A stretch of DNA of 64,000 nt from Macrostomum lignano (lineage: Eukaryota). Location: assembly GCA_002269645.1 (NCBI GenBank), contig NIVC01000827.1, positions 269,233 through 333,232 of the forward strand, in the 5' to 3' direction. The notes beneath the pieces were generated by a model. The model was given only the letters and a program-made list of their open reading frames with translations. It was not told the origin of the DNA and did not search any database. Shown piece by piece: positions 50,966 through 63,584 of the stretch (within the stretch, counting starts at the first letter, position 1; every line of letters starts with the position of its first letter). A program made the translations under genes and the position numbers.

Positions 50966-53170
50966 GTTGTTTGACAAGACAAATACAAATGTAGCTTTTA
51001 CTCGCACTACCCGCTTTTCTGATTCTGTGCAAGACGCAAACGAAATCAGCATTCATCACAGTGTTGTCTATGGTCAAACTAAGACACATCTCACTCGTCT
51101 ATGGGTAAAATAACTTGAAGCGTGATAAAAAAGTGTGGAATAATGACCGCTTCCAGCACGCTGAAACAATGGCCGCCAGACTACGCTATGCCGAAATAAT
51201 GGCCTCTATGTGTCTTATAGACAATGGCGTTGCGTCTTATATGACAATCTACCATTGCTAAACACTTTTATATATTAGCAGTGTGACACCCATGAATTTG
51301 ATGTTTAGCTGGCCACAGACATTAAAGTGTTCAGACCAATTGTATCAGATTCGCCATAGACATTAATTTGTTCAGATCAATTATCAGATTCACTCTCCCT
51401 CGTAGATTCCTACATCCATGCTCTAGCTGTTGTTATTTGTAGCTGGTACTTTATACTTCATCATCCGATAAACGTTAGATAACAAAAAACATGGCCCCAA
51501 TTTTACCTGTTATAAATTGGAAACGTCTGCCAGTGGACGCACTTGATAGAGTCAGGACTGACGAGCATCATGTGCATTACTGACCAAAAGACCAAACGGA
51601 CTGTTCGACGGTACCTCTTAAGAAAAAGATATCCTGCTGTTTGTCAAGCATCGACTGCTATAAGCGCTGCCTTAGAGCGACCAATCGGGGAAGAAGGTCT
51701 GTAAAAACTGTAGCCTTGAACAGCAGAGCAGTAGAAAAGAAAACAAGTGAGCAGACTCGGTGAAGTGACTCCGAGTCAAGACGTGCATCTTTCAGCAGTT
51801 AGGATAAACTGCAATCTTATTATTTTTAGGATGTACCTCCAGTGTTTTTCTCATAACTTTTGGATTTTTCAGCTATATCAGATAAATGGTATATATTTCC
51901 CATGTATTTTGTTGTCTAGCGGGAAAAGGCTCGAGGTGTCTCGTATATTGACCAAGGCGAAGCCGAGGTCAATGATTGAGACACCGAGTGCTTTTACCCT
52001 AGACAACACAATAAATCGGAAATATGGTATGTATCTCCCACTATATGGCTAAAGAACGTAAAACTACAATTAAAAAAGTTCTTCAATATTTTTAAACTTA
52101 AATCAAGTCAAAGCTGTAGTCTATGGCTAAGCATTTAAACAAGGTACAGGCTGAAACCACATAATGACTAAGAAAATAAAATAAGTAAGAGCAAGCGAAG
52201 AAGCGAATAATTATAAATATATAGATTTTCACGACATGACTAGCGAACGGTTTGAAAGTCTGACGGACGTTGAAGTAGACGCCTTGATTCAAAGTACTCT
52301 TCTGCCAAACACAATAAGAAAGTGTGAGTGGATGATCGCTACATTTCGTGAATGGCATCAGTTCAAGAAGAACCAGTGGGCTACATCAGGCGGACCATCT
52401 TTAATGGTATTAAAGGAGATGGAGGAATTCACTAAGAACGATTTTAACTACTTGTTGAAGATGTTGATTCTAGAGGTGAGAACGAAATGGAATGAAAGAT
52501 ATTCGGCCGGCACATTAAAGGACTTTTTTCAATGCTCCAATATCACATGCGAAACGTGGTCGGCAACAATGGTGCTTATGGACTGATTTCGAGTTCACCG
52601 AAAGCAGAAAGGCTTTAGACTCGGCAATGAAATTCGCAGAAGGTCACGACGGAGTCAGTGGCTGAAACTAGGGTGCAGCGAGATGCGGATATTCCTACTA
52701 GAAAGAAGATGCGGATTAATGTCAACGGTGAGACCAACAGTGTAGTTATTAGTTTCGAGTAATTATCCTATAATAACATTTAATATCATTCTTCAAATCA
52801 ATAGTAACTTAACATTAACTTATTTGTTTTGTAACTTTTTTGTAAGTAGACACATTCGGGACATGCCCCCAAATTTTTGGCGCGTGCTAAAATAAAAAGA
52901 AGTAACCCGGCGCTCGCCAGACAATCGTTGTCACGCACTGGGACCGCTGATTATTTATCCATTGCTCCACACTTGTCGCTGTCATTATTCCACACTTTTT
53001 ATCATGCTTCAATTGGCTGTTTCAAGAGTTATTTTACCCATAGACCACTGAGTTGTGTGGCTTAGTTTGACCATAGACAACACTGTGATGAGTGCTGATT
53101 TCGCTTGCGTCTTGCAAGAAATCAGGAAAGCGAGTAGTGTGAGAAAAAGCTTTTTGACTTGTCAAACAAC
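50966..53170. repeat. ~185-bp diverged inverted repeat pair (50966-51147 / 52981-53170) flanking the Crypton relic
   Basis: For example, catcacagtgttgtctatggtcaaactaag is the reverse complement of cttagtttgaccatagacaacactgtgatg; the ends gttgtttgacaag / cttgtcaaacaac also pair. Confidence 0.85.
52236..52640 (+). mobile_element. Crypton-type (DUF3504/KCTD1-ZMYM-like) tyrosine-recombinase element relic, frameshifted
   Basis: NTIRKCEWMIATFREW...EEFTKNDFNYLLKMLILEVRTK...Y...TL continues in shifted frames as MLQYHMR and DFEFTESRKALDSAMK. This matches the N-terminal pattern of Crypton YR proteins; no catalytic C-terminus is seen. Confidence 0.65.
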
Positions 53171-54444
53171 AATGGCTGGTGCATCTCGTCAAACAGCCGC
53201 GCTTATTAATCGGAAAAATCTGAACGACTGAACGAACCGTGCGGCGCTACCTAGGAAGAAAACGCGACCATGCAAGTCTTCAACGCCTCGACGGCTATAA
53301 GCGATGCCTCAAAGCGGCCAATCGATTTAGTCGAGCAGCCGACAGTCCCAAAGAATCCCAGCTTGGATACTGCGGTACCAAAGAAGCTCATCAGAAGAAC
53401 TGTCACTGCAAGCCAAGACGTTCATCTTTCAAATGGTAAGTTTTTGGAACTATACTTGAGCACCTGTATTTCTCTTTTATAGAAAACATTCAACATAGAC
53501 CAACTCCTTTTGCAGTGCCAAATCATCAGGCTAAAGTGTCGAGCATCTTTGGGAACTGCGGCTTTGAGAACTGCATGTTTCACTTTGGGTGATAAATTGA
53601 TTTTCAAATTGTCAAATTTCGACTACAAACTGATGAACTGCACTAGGTGTGGCATTAATAATGAACTCTTTTCGTGTAGCTGGTACTTTAGTTTTAATGA
53701 TTTTTTTTTCCTTTTTGCTCATTTACTCTTTGCTGTTCTGTATTATTTATTCACAAAAATACTGTGCGATGGATTTTTTTCAATCCAAATGTCTATGGTA
53801 CACATCAAAACTGTGGAATAATGGCCAAAATATTTTTTTATTGCGTCTGGGTAAAAGTATAATTACAATGTAACGATATATACTGATTTTTTCGCCAGCA
53901 ATTGCGTAAGCTGAAGCCGCGTAGCGTAGTGGCTGAAGCTTAGGAAAGCAATTGCTGCCGTGAAATAATCTATGTCGTTATTGTATCATTTTAGAGAGGT
54001 TTTTTGGGGTCTACCTACTAAGCCCGATAGTTGCACGCTTCGATTGTCTATGGTGTAACTTCGGTCAAAACATTATATTTCTTAATTTCACAGAGCGTGA
54101 ATATCAGGTTGATTAAACCTTTTCTCGTTCAAGACGATATTCTATTTAGACACTATGGTTTAAAGCACAGTTCCAAGCATTCAAATTAGACAAGCTTAAG
54201 TTCTTTTTAGCCAGTGATATTCAGTTTAGACACAAACTTAAATTTTGGTTTCGTCTATGGTTATAAGTTACTGCTTGCAAACAAACTTCATTCAATTTAG
54301 ACAAGCAACATTCTATTTCGTCACAAGGAAAGGGCCGGACTGGCTAAAAATGTGTACGAGCCTAAAACTCTGTCGCTTCTTTCAAACCACCATTTGAGTC
54401 GTCTTTTACTGTTTTTTATTTAAAACCATTGAAAGACAGAGAGA

Positions 54445-54775
<331 letters not shown>

Positions 54776-55884
54776 GTGGGCATCCAGAAAGTCGTGCTTG
54801 ATCCTCGTTGGATATTCTCCTATGAAGGGCCCTCGTCGGTCTTGTTCTTCTTCAACCCCTTCTTCTTCTTCTTCAATCGTTTTTTCGCCTTGCGGCGTAG
54901 GTAACCTCTTCTTCTACATCACCGAGCTCTTCTTCGTCTTCTTCTCCAATCTCTTCGATAATCTCCTCTTCATCTTCTACATGTACCAAAGCGGCCATCT
55001 TTTTCTTATAAAATGTGCGAAGTAGATTTTTAAGTGTGCACTTTTCAAGTTACCTTTGGAAAAGTTAGGAGAGGGAGAGTGAGCCTGTGCTTGGTGTCTA
55101 AAGTGAATGTTGGCTTTTTAAATTGAATGTGCCAGCACCCCCATAGCACCCCCGTGCAGACGTTTTATTCCCCCCACAAATAGGGACATCAACTCGCCCC
55201 ACTCGTATGGCTCTTCAGCTGAGGAAATAAGAAAGAAATCGGCTGGCTCGAGATCTCTCGAGTGCGGATCGTGAATTGACTCAAAGCGATATGGTTTAAA
55301 AACCATGTAAAAGGATTGCTCGACACTAACCTGATAGGCAAGTTCGCGTCCATCGCATTCAATAAAGGCGCAAAATACGTTGCAGAAATCAATTAACGCA
55401 TCCATTGGAAATGACGCAGGGCGCATCGTAGTTGAAATTTGGTTTTTTTAGAGTTTGGAGTTGACGTGGCAATTCTCTCCTCCCATATTACTCCTCTCTC
55501 CAAGCCTTCCCGACATTGTTGCTTTACGAGCGTATAGCAAGGGTTGGCGTTCAATTGCCCAGACAGCAGACTATGCAAAACAATGAAACCTTCGAGGTCA
55601 TTCTGTCTGGACAGCCAGCTACGAGCCATTTGCCAAGCGACTCAAGATTATTGTCGATAAATTTATACCATGCGACGACATACTGAAGTTAGAAAATTTT
55701 AAAATTTAACGTTTCAGCGTCTACTTAAGGAGTCTAGAAGGGTAAATAATAAATAATAGCGTCTGCCCTCTGTCCGCCAGTCTGTTTGTGCTTCGCATTG
55801 GCAAAAATTACTGGAGAACATTCAGCAGTCTGCAACGCCCCCACATATCTCGACTGCTTCTTCCGATGTGATGTAATCTGATGT

Positions 55885-57995
55885 GACTGGCTTTGAATCT
55901 AATGAGACTGACTATCAATCTAATGAGACTGGCTATCAATCTAATGAGACTGGCTATCAATCTAATGAGACTGGCTATCAATCTAATGAGACTGAGACTG
56001 GCTATCAATCTAATGAGACTGGCTATCAATCTAATGAGACTGGCTATCAATCTAATGAGACTGGCTATCAATCTAATGAGACTGGCTATCAATCTAATGA
56101 GACTGGCTATCAATCTAATGAGACTGGCTATCAATCTAATGAGACTGGCTATCAATCTAATGAGACTGGCTATCAATCTAATGAGACTGGCTATCAATCT
56201 AATGAGACTGGCTATCAATCTAATGAGACTGGCTATCAATCTAATGAGACTGGCTATCAATCTAATGAGACTGGCTATCAATCTAATGAGACTGGCTATC
56301 AATCTAATGAGACTGGCTATCAATCTAATGAGACTGGCTATCAATCTAATGAGACTGGCTATCAATCTAATGAGACTGGCTATCAATCTAATGAGACTGG
56401 CTATCAATCTAATGAGACTGGCTATCAATCTAATGAGACTGGCTATCAATCTAATGAGACTGGCTATCAATCTAATGAGACTGGCTATCAATCTAATGAG
56501 ACTGGCTATCAATCTAATGAGACTGGCTATCAATCTAATGAGACTGGCTATCAATCTAATGAGACTGGCTATCAATCTAATGAGACTGGCTATCAATCTA
56601 ATGAGACTGGCTATCAAACTAATGTAATGAGACTGGCTATCAATCTTATCTAATGAGACTGGCTATCAATCTAATGAGACTGGCTATCAATCTAATGAGA
56701 CTGGCTATCAATCTAATGAGACTGGCTATCAATCTAATGAGACTGGCTATCAATCTAATGAGACTGGCTATCAATCTAATGAGACTGGCTATCAATCTAA
56801 TGAGACTGGCTATCAATCTAATGAGACTGGCTATCAATCTAATGAGACTGGCTATCAATCTAATGAGACTGGCTATCAATCTAATGAGACTGGCTATCAA
56901 TCTAATGAGACTGGCTATCAATCTAATGAGACTGGCTATCAAACTAATGTAATGAGACTGGCTATCAATCTTATCTAATGAAACTGGCTATCAAACTAAT
57001 GTAATGAGACTGGCTATCAATCTTATCTAATGAAACTGGCTATCAAACTAATGTAATGAGACTGGCTATCAATCTTATCTCATGAGACTGGCTATCAATC
57101 TAATGAGACTGGCTATCAATCTAATGAGACTGGCTATCAATCTAATGAGACTGGCTATCAATCTAATGAGACTGGCTATCAATCTAATGAGACTGGCTAT
57201 GAATCTAATGAGACTGGCTATCAATCTAATGAGACTGGCTATCAATCTAATGAGACTGGCTATCAATCTAATGAGACTGACTATCAATCTAATGAGACTG
57301 GCTATCAATCTAATGAGACTGGCTATCAATCTAATGAGACTGACTATCAATCTAATGAGACTGGCTATCAATCTAATGAGACTGGCTATCAATCTAATGA
57401 GACTAGCTATCAATCCTATCTAATGAGACTGGCTATCAATCTTATCTAATGAGACTGGCTATCAATCTTATCTAATAAGACTGGCTATCAATCTTATCTA
57501 ATGAGACTGGCTATCAATCTAATGAGACTGGCTATCAATCTAATGAGACTGGCTATCAATCTTATCTAATGAGACTGGCTATCAATCTTATCTAATGAGA
57601 CTGGCTATCAATCTTATGTAATGAGACTGGCTATCAATCTAATGAGACTGGCTATCAATCTAATGAGACTGGCTATCAATCTAATGAGACTGAGACTGGC
57701 TATCAATCTAATGAGACTGGCTATCAATCTAATGAGACTGGCTATCAATCTAATGAGACTGGCTATCAATCTAATGAGACTGGCTATCAATCTAATGAGA
57801 CTGGCTATCAATCTAATGAGACTGGCTATCAATCTAATGAGACTGGCTATCAATCTAATGAGACTGGCTATCAATCTAATGAGACTGGCTATCAATCTAA
57901 TGAGACTGGCTATCAATCTAATGAGACTGGCTATCAATCTAATGAGAATGACTATCAATCTAATGAGAATGGCTATCAATCTAATGAGACTGGCT
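55885..57995. repeat. 21-bp minisatellite (~2.1 kb) upstream of gene B
   Basis: Unit aatctaatgagactggctatc. Confidence 0.97.
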
Positions 57996-58110
57996 ATTCG
58001 AATAATTATCGAGCGCAACTCGTCTGGCCCTGCCAGTTGGTGGGCACGCATGTCGTAGTGCACAGTGGGCAGCACAGGGATTGGCTCCAGGGTCAGGTCC
58101 ACTATACTGC

Positions 58111-58118
58111 TATAAATA
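58111..58118 (+). promoter_or_regulatory. TATA box of gene B
   Basis: TATAAATA at the start of the A/B homology block, ~145 nt upstream of the ATG. Confidence 0.5.
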
Positions 58119-58262
58119 TACTGCCGCCCCAGTCCGCGAGCTTCTCCGATTTCCAGACACACGCTTGTCAAGCTTGCTGTGGAGAATATTGTGCAAGTTC
58201 GCACTTTGTCGCTGAACAATCAACAACCGCAGGCTATTCTTTTTATTTGGTCAAGCAAGAGA

Positions 58263-61200
58263 ATGCCGCTGAAGGGCAGAGCAGCTGCAGTGAGCAGCTT
58301 GTTGCTGCTCGTTTTGCTTCTGGTTGGCACTCGCTGCCAAGCCAGACCAGTTCCAGGATCAGGTGAGTATAAGCAGGCTTGGCTTGACTGACTACTCTAT
58401 GTAGCAAACAGAGTAACTAATATTGTGCTTGCATAGCAACACTTGATTACCGTACACTCGAAGGACCTCCTTTGAAACCCGCAACATTACAGAGTCTGAT
58501 GATGACCACGAGGAACTTTTTCCAGAAGAGGAAGAAGAGGAAGAAGAAGAAGAGCCTTCTACAGGTGAAGAAGGTGACGAGAGGCATGGAGGAGGAAGTG
58601 TCGTTACAGCAAGAAGTGAGTAACGGGTTTTCCACTGCTTAGCTCGTACTATTAAAGATGAAACTGGGTACTCTGTCCTAATAACAGCGGAATAATTGAA
58701 ACGCTTCAGTTCTGCAACAGCTCAAAACCAGCCGAGATGAAACCTCAAAAGACTTCCTAAAAGGTAAATGCAACAAATATGTCACAAAAAACAACCATTC
58801 AACACGCTCGAAGCGCCATTTATAGGCTGAAAGAAAAGCGCAAAACTACATTCAAAACGCAAAGGTTATGTAAGGCCACTAATCTAATGGGACATGGCGA
58901 CATTTCTGACACACTTTAGCATGAAATTGATCAAGAAGTTTGACTGTTTCAGAGAAGAACAAGAAGAGGATGATTGTAGGCGGCTCCGAGAGCTCCCTGC
59001 CGCCTCAGTTTAGAAGTGAGTATCAGCGCCATGACTCACAATGGCGACATTTCTGACACACTTTAGCATGAAATTGATCAAGAAGTTTGACTGTTTCAGA
59101 GAAGAACAAGAAGAGGATGATTGTAGGCGGCTCCGAGAGCTCCCTGCCGCCTCAGTTCAGAAGTGAGTATCAGCGCCATGACTCACAATGGCGACATTTC
59201 TGACACACTTTAGCATGAAATTGATCAAGAAGTTTGACTGTTTCAGAGAAGAACAAGAAAAGGATGATTGTAGGCGGCTCCGAGAGCTCCCTGCCGCCTC
59301 AGTTTAGAAGTGAGTATCAGCGCCACGACTCACAATGGCGACATTTCTGACACACTTTAGCATGCAATTGTTCAAGAAGTTTGACTGTTTCAGAGAAGAA
59401 CAAGAAGAGGATGATTGTAGGCGGCTCCGAGAGCTCCCTGCCGCCTCAGTTCAGAAGTGAGTATCAGCGCCATGACTCACAATGGCGACATTTCTGACAC
59501 ACTTTAGCATGAAATTGATCAAGAAGTTTGACTGTTTCAGAGAAGAACAAGAAGAGGATGATTGTAGGCGGCTCCGAGAGCTCCCTGCCGCCTCAGTTTA
59601 GAAGTGAGTATCAGCGCCACGACTCACAATGGCGACATTTCTGACACACTTTAGCATGCAATTGATCAAGAAGTTTGACTGTTTCAGAGAAGAACAAGAA
59701 GAGGATGATTGTAGGCGACTCCGAGAGCTCCCTGCCGCCTCAGTTCAGAAGTGAGTATCAGCGCCATGACTCACAATGGCGACATTTCTGACACACTTTA
59801 GCATGCAATTGATCAAGAAGTTTGACTGTTTCAGAGAAGAACAAGAAGAGGATGATTGTAGGCGGCTCCGAGAGCTCCCTGCCGCCTCAGTTTAGAAGTG
59901 AGTATCAGCGCCATGACTCACAATGGCGACATTTCTGACACACTTTAGCATGAAATTGATCAAGAAGTTTGACTGTTTCAGAGAAGAACAAGAAGAGGAT
60001 GATTGTAGGCGGCTCCGAGAGCTCCCTACCGCCTCAGTTCAGAAGTGAGTATCAGCGCCATGACTCACAATGGCGACATTTCTGACACACTTTAGCATGA
60101 AATTGATCAAGAAGTTTGACTGTTTCAGAGAAGAACAAGAAGAGGATGATTGTAGGCGGCTCCGAGAGCTCCCTACCGCCTCAGTTCAGAAGTGAGTATC
60201 AGCGCCATGACTCACAATGGCGACATTTCTGACACACTTTAGCATGAAATTGATCAAGAAGTTTGACTGTTTCAGAGAAGAATAAGAAAAGGATGATTGT
60301 AGGCGGCTCCGAGAGCTCCCTGCCGCCTCAGTTTAGAAGTGAGTATCAGCGCCACGACTCACAATGGCGACATTTCTGACACACTTTAGCATGCAATTGT
60401 TCAAGAAGTTTGACTGTTTCAGAGAAGAACAAGAAGAGGATGATTGTAGGCGACTCCGAGAGCTCCCTGCCGCCTCAGTTCAGAAGTGAGTATCAGCGCC
60501 ATGACTCACAATGGCGACATTTCTGACACACTTTAGCATGCAATTGATCAAGAAGTTTGACTGTTTCAGAGAAGAACAAGAAGAGGATGATTGTAGGCGG
60601 CTCCGAGAGCTCCCTGCCGCCTCAGTTTAGAAGTGAGTATCAGCGCCATGACTCACAATGGCGACATTTCTGACACACTTTAGCATGAAATTGATCAAGA
60701 AGTTTGACTGTTTCAGAGAAGAACAAGAAGAGGATGATTGTAGGCGGCTCCGAGAGCTCCCTACCGCCTCAGTTCAGAAGTGAGTATCAGCGCCATGACT
60801 CACAATGGCGACATTTCTGACACACTTTAGCATGAAATTGATCAACAAGTTTGACTGTTTCAGAGAAGAACAAGAAGAGGATGATTGTAGGCGGCTCCGA
60901 GAGCTCCCTACCGCCTCAGTTCAGAAGTGAGTATCAGCGCCATGACTCACAATGGCGACATTTCTGACACACTTTAGCATGAAATTGATCAAGAATTTTG
61001 ACTGTTTCAGAGAAGAACAAGAAGAGGATGATTGTAGGCGGCTCCGAGAGCTCCCTACCGCCTCAGTTTAGAAGTGAGTATCAGCGCCATGACTCACAAT
61101 GGCGACATTTCTGACACACTTTAGCATGAAATTGATCAAGAAGTTTGACTGTTTCAGAGAAGAACAAGAAAAGGATGATTGTAGGCGGCTCCGAGAGCTC

Positions 61201-62508
61201 CCTGCCGCCTCAGTTTAGAAGTGAGTATCAGCGCCATGACTCACAATGGCGACATTTCTGACACACTTTAGCATGAAATTGATCAACAAGTTTGACTGTT
61301 TCAGAGAAGAACAAGAAGAGGATGATTGTAGGCGGCTCCGAGAGCTCCCTGCCGCCTCAGTTCAGAAGTGAGTATCAGCGCCACGACTCACAATGGCGAC
61401 ATTTCTGACACACTTTAGCATGAAATTGATCAAGAAGTTTGACTGTTTCAGAGAAGAACAAGAAAAGGATGATTGTAGGCGGCTCGAGAGCTCCCTACCG
61501 CCTCAGTTTAGAAGTGAGTATCAGCGCCATGACTCACAATGGCGACATTTCTGACACACTTTAGCATGAAATTGATTAAGAAGTTTGACTGTTTCAGAGA
61601 AGAACAAGAAGAGGATGATTGTAGGCGGCTCCGAGAGCTCCCTGCCGCCTCAGTTTAGAAGTGAGTATCAGCGCCACGACTCACAATGGCGACATTTCTG
61701 ACACACTTTAGCATGAAATTTATCAAGAAGTTTGACTGTTTCAGAGAAGAACAAGAAGAGGATGATTGTAGGCGGCTCCGAGAGCTCCCTGCCGCCTCAG
61801 TTCAGAAGTAAGTATCAGCGCCATGACTCACAATGGCGACATTTCTGACACACTTTAGCATGAAATTGATCAAGAAGTTTGACTGTTTCAGAGAAGAACA
61901 AGAAGAGGATGATTGTAGGCGGCTCCGAGAGCTCCCTAACGCCTCAGTTTAGAAGTGAGTATCAGCGCCATGACTCACAATGGCGACATTTCTGACACAC
62001 TTTAGCATGAAATTGATCAACAAGTTTGACTGTTTCAGAGAAGAACAAGAAGAGGATGATTGTAGGCGGCTCCGAGAGCTCCCTGCCGCCTCAGTTTAGA
62101 AGTGAGTATCAGCGCCATGACTCACAATGGCGACATTCTGACACACTTTAGCATGCAATTGTTCAAGAAGTTTGACTGTTTCAGAGAAGAACAAGAAGAG
62201 GATGATTGTAGGCGGCTCCGAGAGCTCCCTACGCGCTCAGTTCAGGAGTGAGTATCAGCGCCATGACTCACAATGGCGACATTTCTGACACACTTTAGCA
62301 TGCAATTGTTCAAGAAGTTTGACTGTTTCAGAGAAGAACAAGAAGAGGATGATTGTAGGCGGCTCGAGAGAAACGAATCAAATAGAAGAAAAAAGTTCAA
62401 GTACACAAGGCCGGCGGAAATGGTGAGAAAAAGTCCGGCGGAGAGGTGCCAAAAGCAGCATCTGAAGGACCTAGCAAAGGAAAGCCGCAGGGCAAGCATC
62501 AGCCTTAA
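58263..62508 (+). CDS. Gene B: paralogue of gene A (signal peptide, E-rich exon, 23 repeat exons, short GG-K tail); may be disrupted
   Basis: Exons 58263-58362 (MPLKGRAAAVSSLLLLVLLLVGTRCQA), 58493-58615, 58710-58763, probably 58834-58869, then 23 repeat exons (58953-62247) and a fused last exon from 62332 homologous to the gene A tail (HKAGG...GPSKGK...QP TAA at 62506-62508). 1-nt deletions in exon 61452-61513 and in the last exon break the frame. AATAAA at 62882. Confidence 0.65.
58893..62370 (+). repeat. 147-bp exon-intron tandem array B (23 complete units + 1 partial)
   Basis: Donors at 59016, 59163, ... 62248; same unit as array A. Confidence 0.97.
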
Positions 62509-63193
62509 GGTAGGTAGGCCCTATGGAATTACATTTATGTGTGAGTGTTAAAAACATTTTGAATCTGATTTTAAAGCGAAACTACTAACTGATGAAGGCC
62601 CGGAGAGACAGGTCATAACAAGGACTTGTTTATTTATTAGCATTTTAGAAATACTTCGTGCATGCTGACCTTTCTACTCTTTTCTTTCAGGTGCCGACGG
62701 TTAAAGTCAGAATTTAATTCTGCGAGGCTGATGATGCGAAAATGACCAGACAAACTATGACAATTATTTTTCCTTGATTCGGTAAAAGTGAACAAACGTT
62801 TCTTTTTTCTCCCGATAATTCGCACCCAGTCGCTTTTTGGAAGCGCAGCCTTCAACGTAACTATTATGCGATGAGGAAGGAAATAAATTAAGCCAGAACT
62901 CAATAACGAACCCTTTCGATTCTTAAAGTGTGGCAGTGGTTATTCAAGCAATTTCCAAAAAATGATTAATTGTTTGTGCTTTTTTATTTCAGGAAACGAA
63001 ACTAATCGGATTTCATAATTGACAATTTCCAACTCTTGACAAAGCTTTACGCCAAGAGTACATGTATTTTGAAGGCTTTTCATGTACATCAGCACTCTGT
63101 GTATGTTCTGTTTCAGATTTAGCGATTACCGCATTAATGAGATGAAAGATTTCAATGCATTTTGTTAGTTTGGCTAGCCTTTAACCTGCCTAG

Positions 63194-63584
63194 CTGTCTG
63201 AGGAACCTGTCACAAGCGTACCAATCGAGGCTATGCGTGTGCTGTTTGTTGTTGTTAAACGGGGTGCTAGCGGGATCAGCCCAAGTGACGTTGGCTCCAC
63301 CGCTTGAACAGGCAACGTCAAGATTGAATCCTTCAGTGGGGATCGGAGCCGTTGAAAGATTTGAAACTCCTGCAGGATTTGTTGTCCTCACTGCAAAGGC
63401 TCATAATTACGAATATTTTCACGGCTTGGCTCTGCTAATCCAAGCTCTGCAGTGGACCCGCAATCTCGGCCAGACACAAGTGAAATTTAACTATCCATCA
63501 GGCAGGGTCGAACGTGAGCGGACGACACAAAGAGCGAGATCAATGGCGCCATCCGCGGGCACTTGGTCCAGCTCCAGCAAACAG
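63194..63584 (+). other. Possible coding exon of a further gene (unidentified)
   Basis: Open frame (63162-63671) bounded by cctgcctag| and cag|gtgcat, with a hydrophobic stretch LCVCCLLLLNGVLAG. No family recognised. Confidence 0.2.

Noticed and set aside
55808-58219. YQSNETG / LIASLIR / MRLAINL ORFs
   Set aside because: Stop-free frames of a 21-bp minisatellite; no splice or codon evidence.
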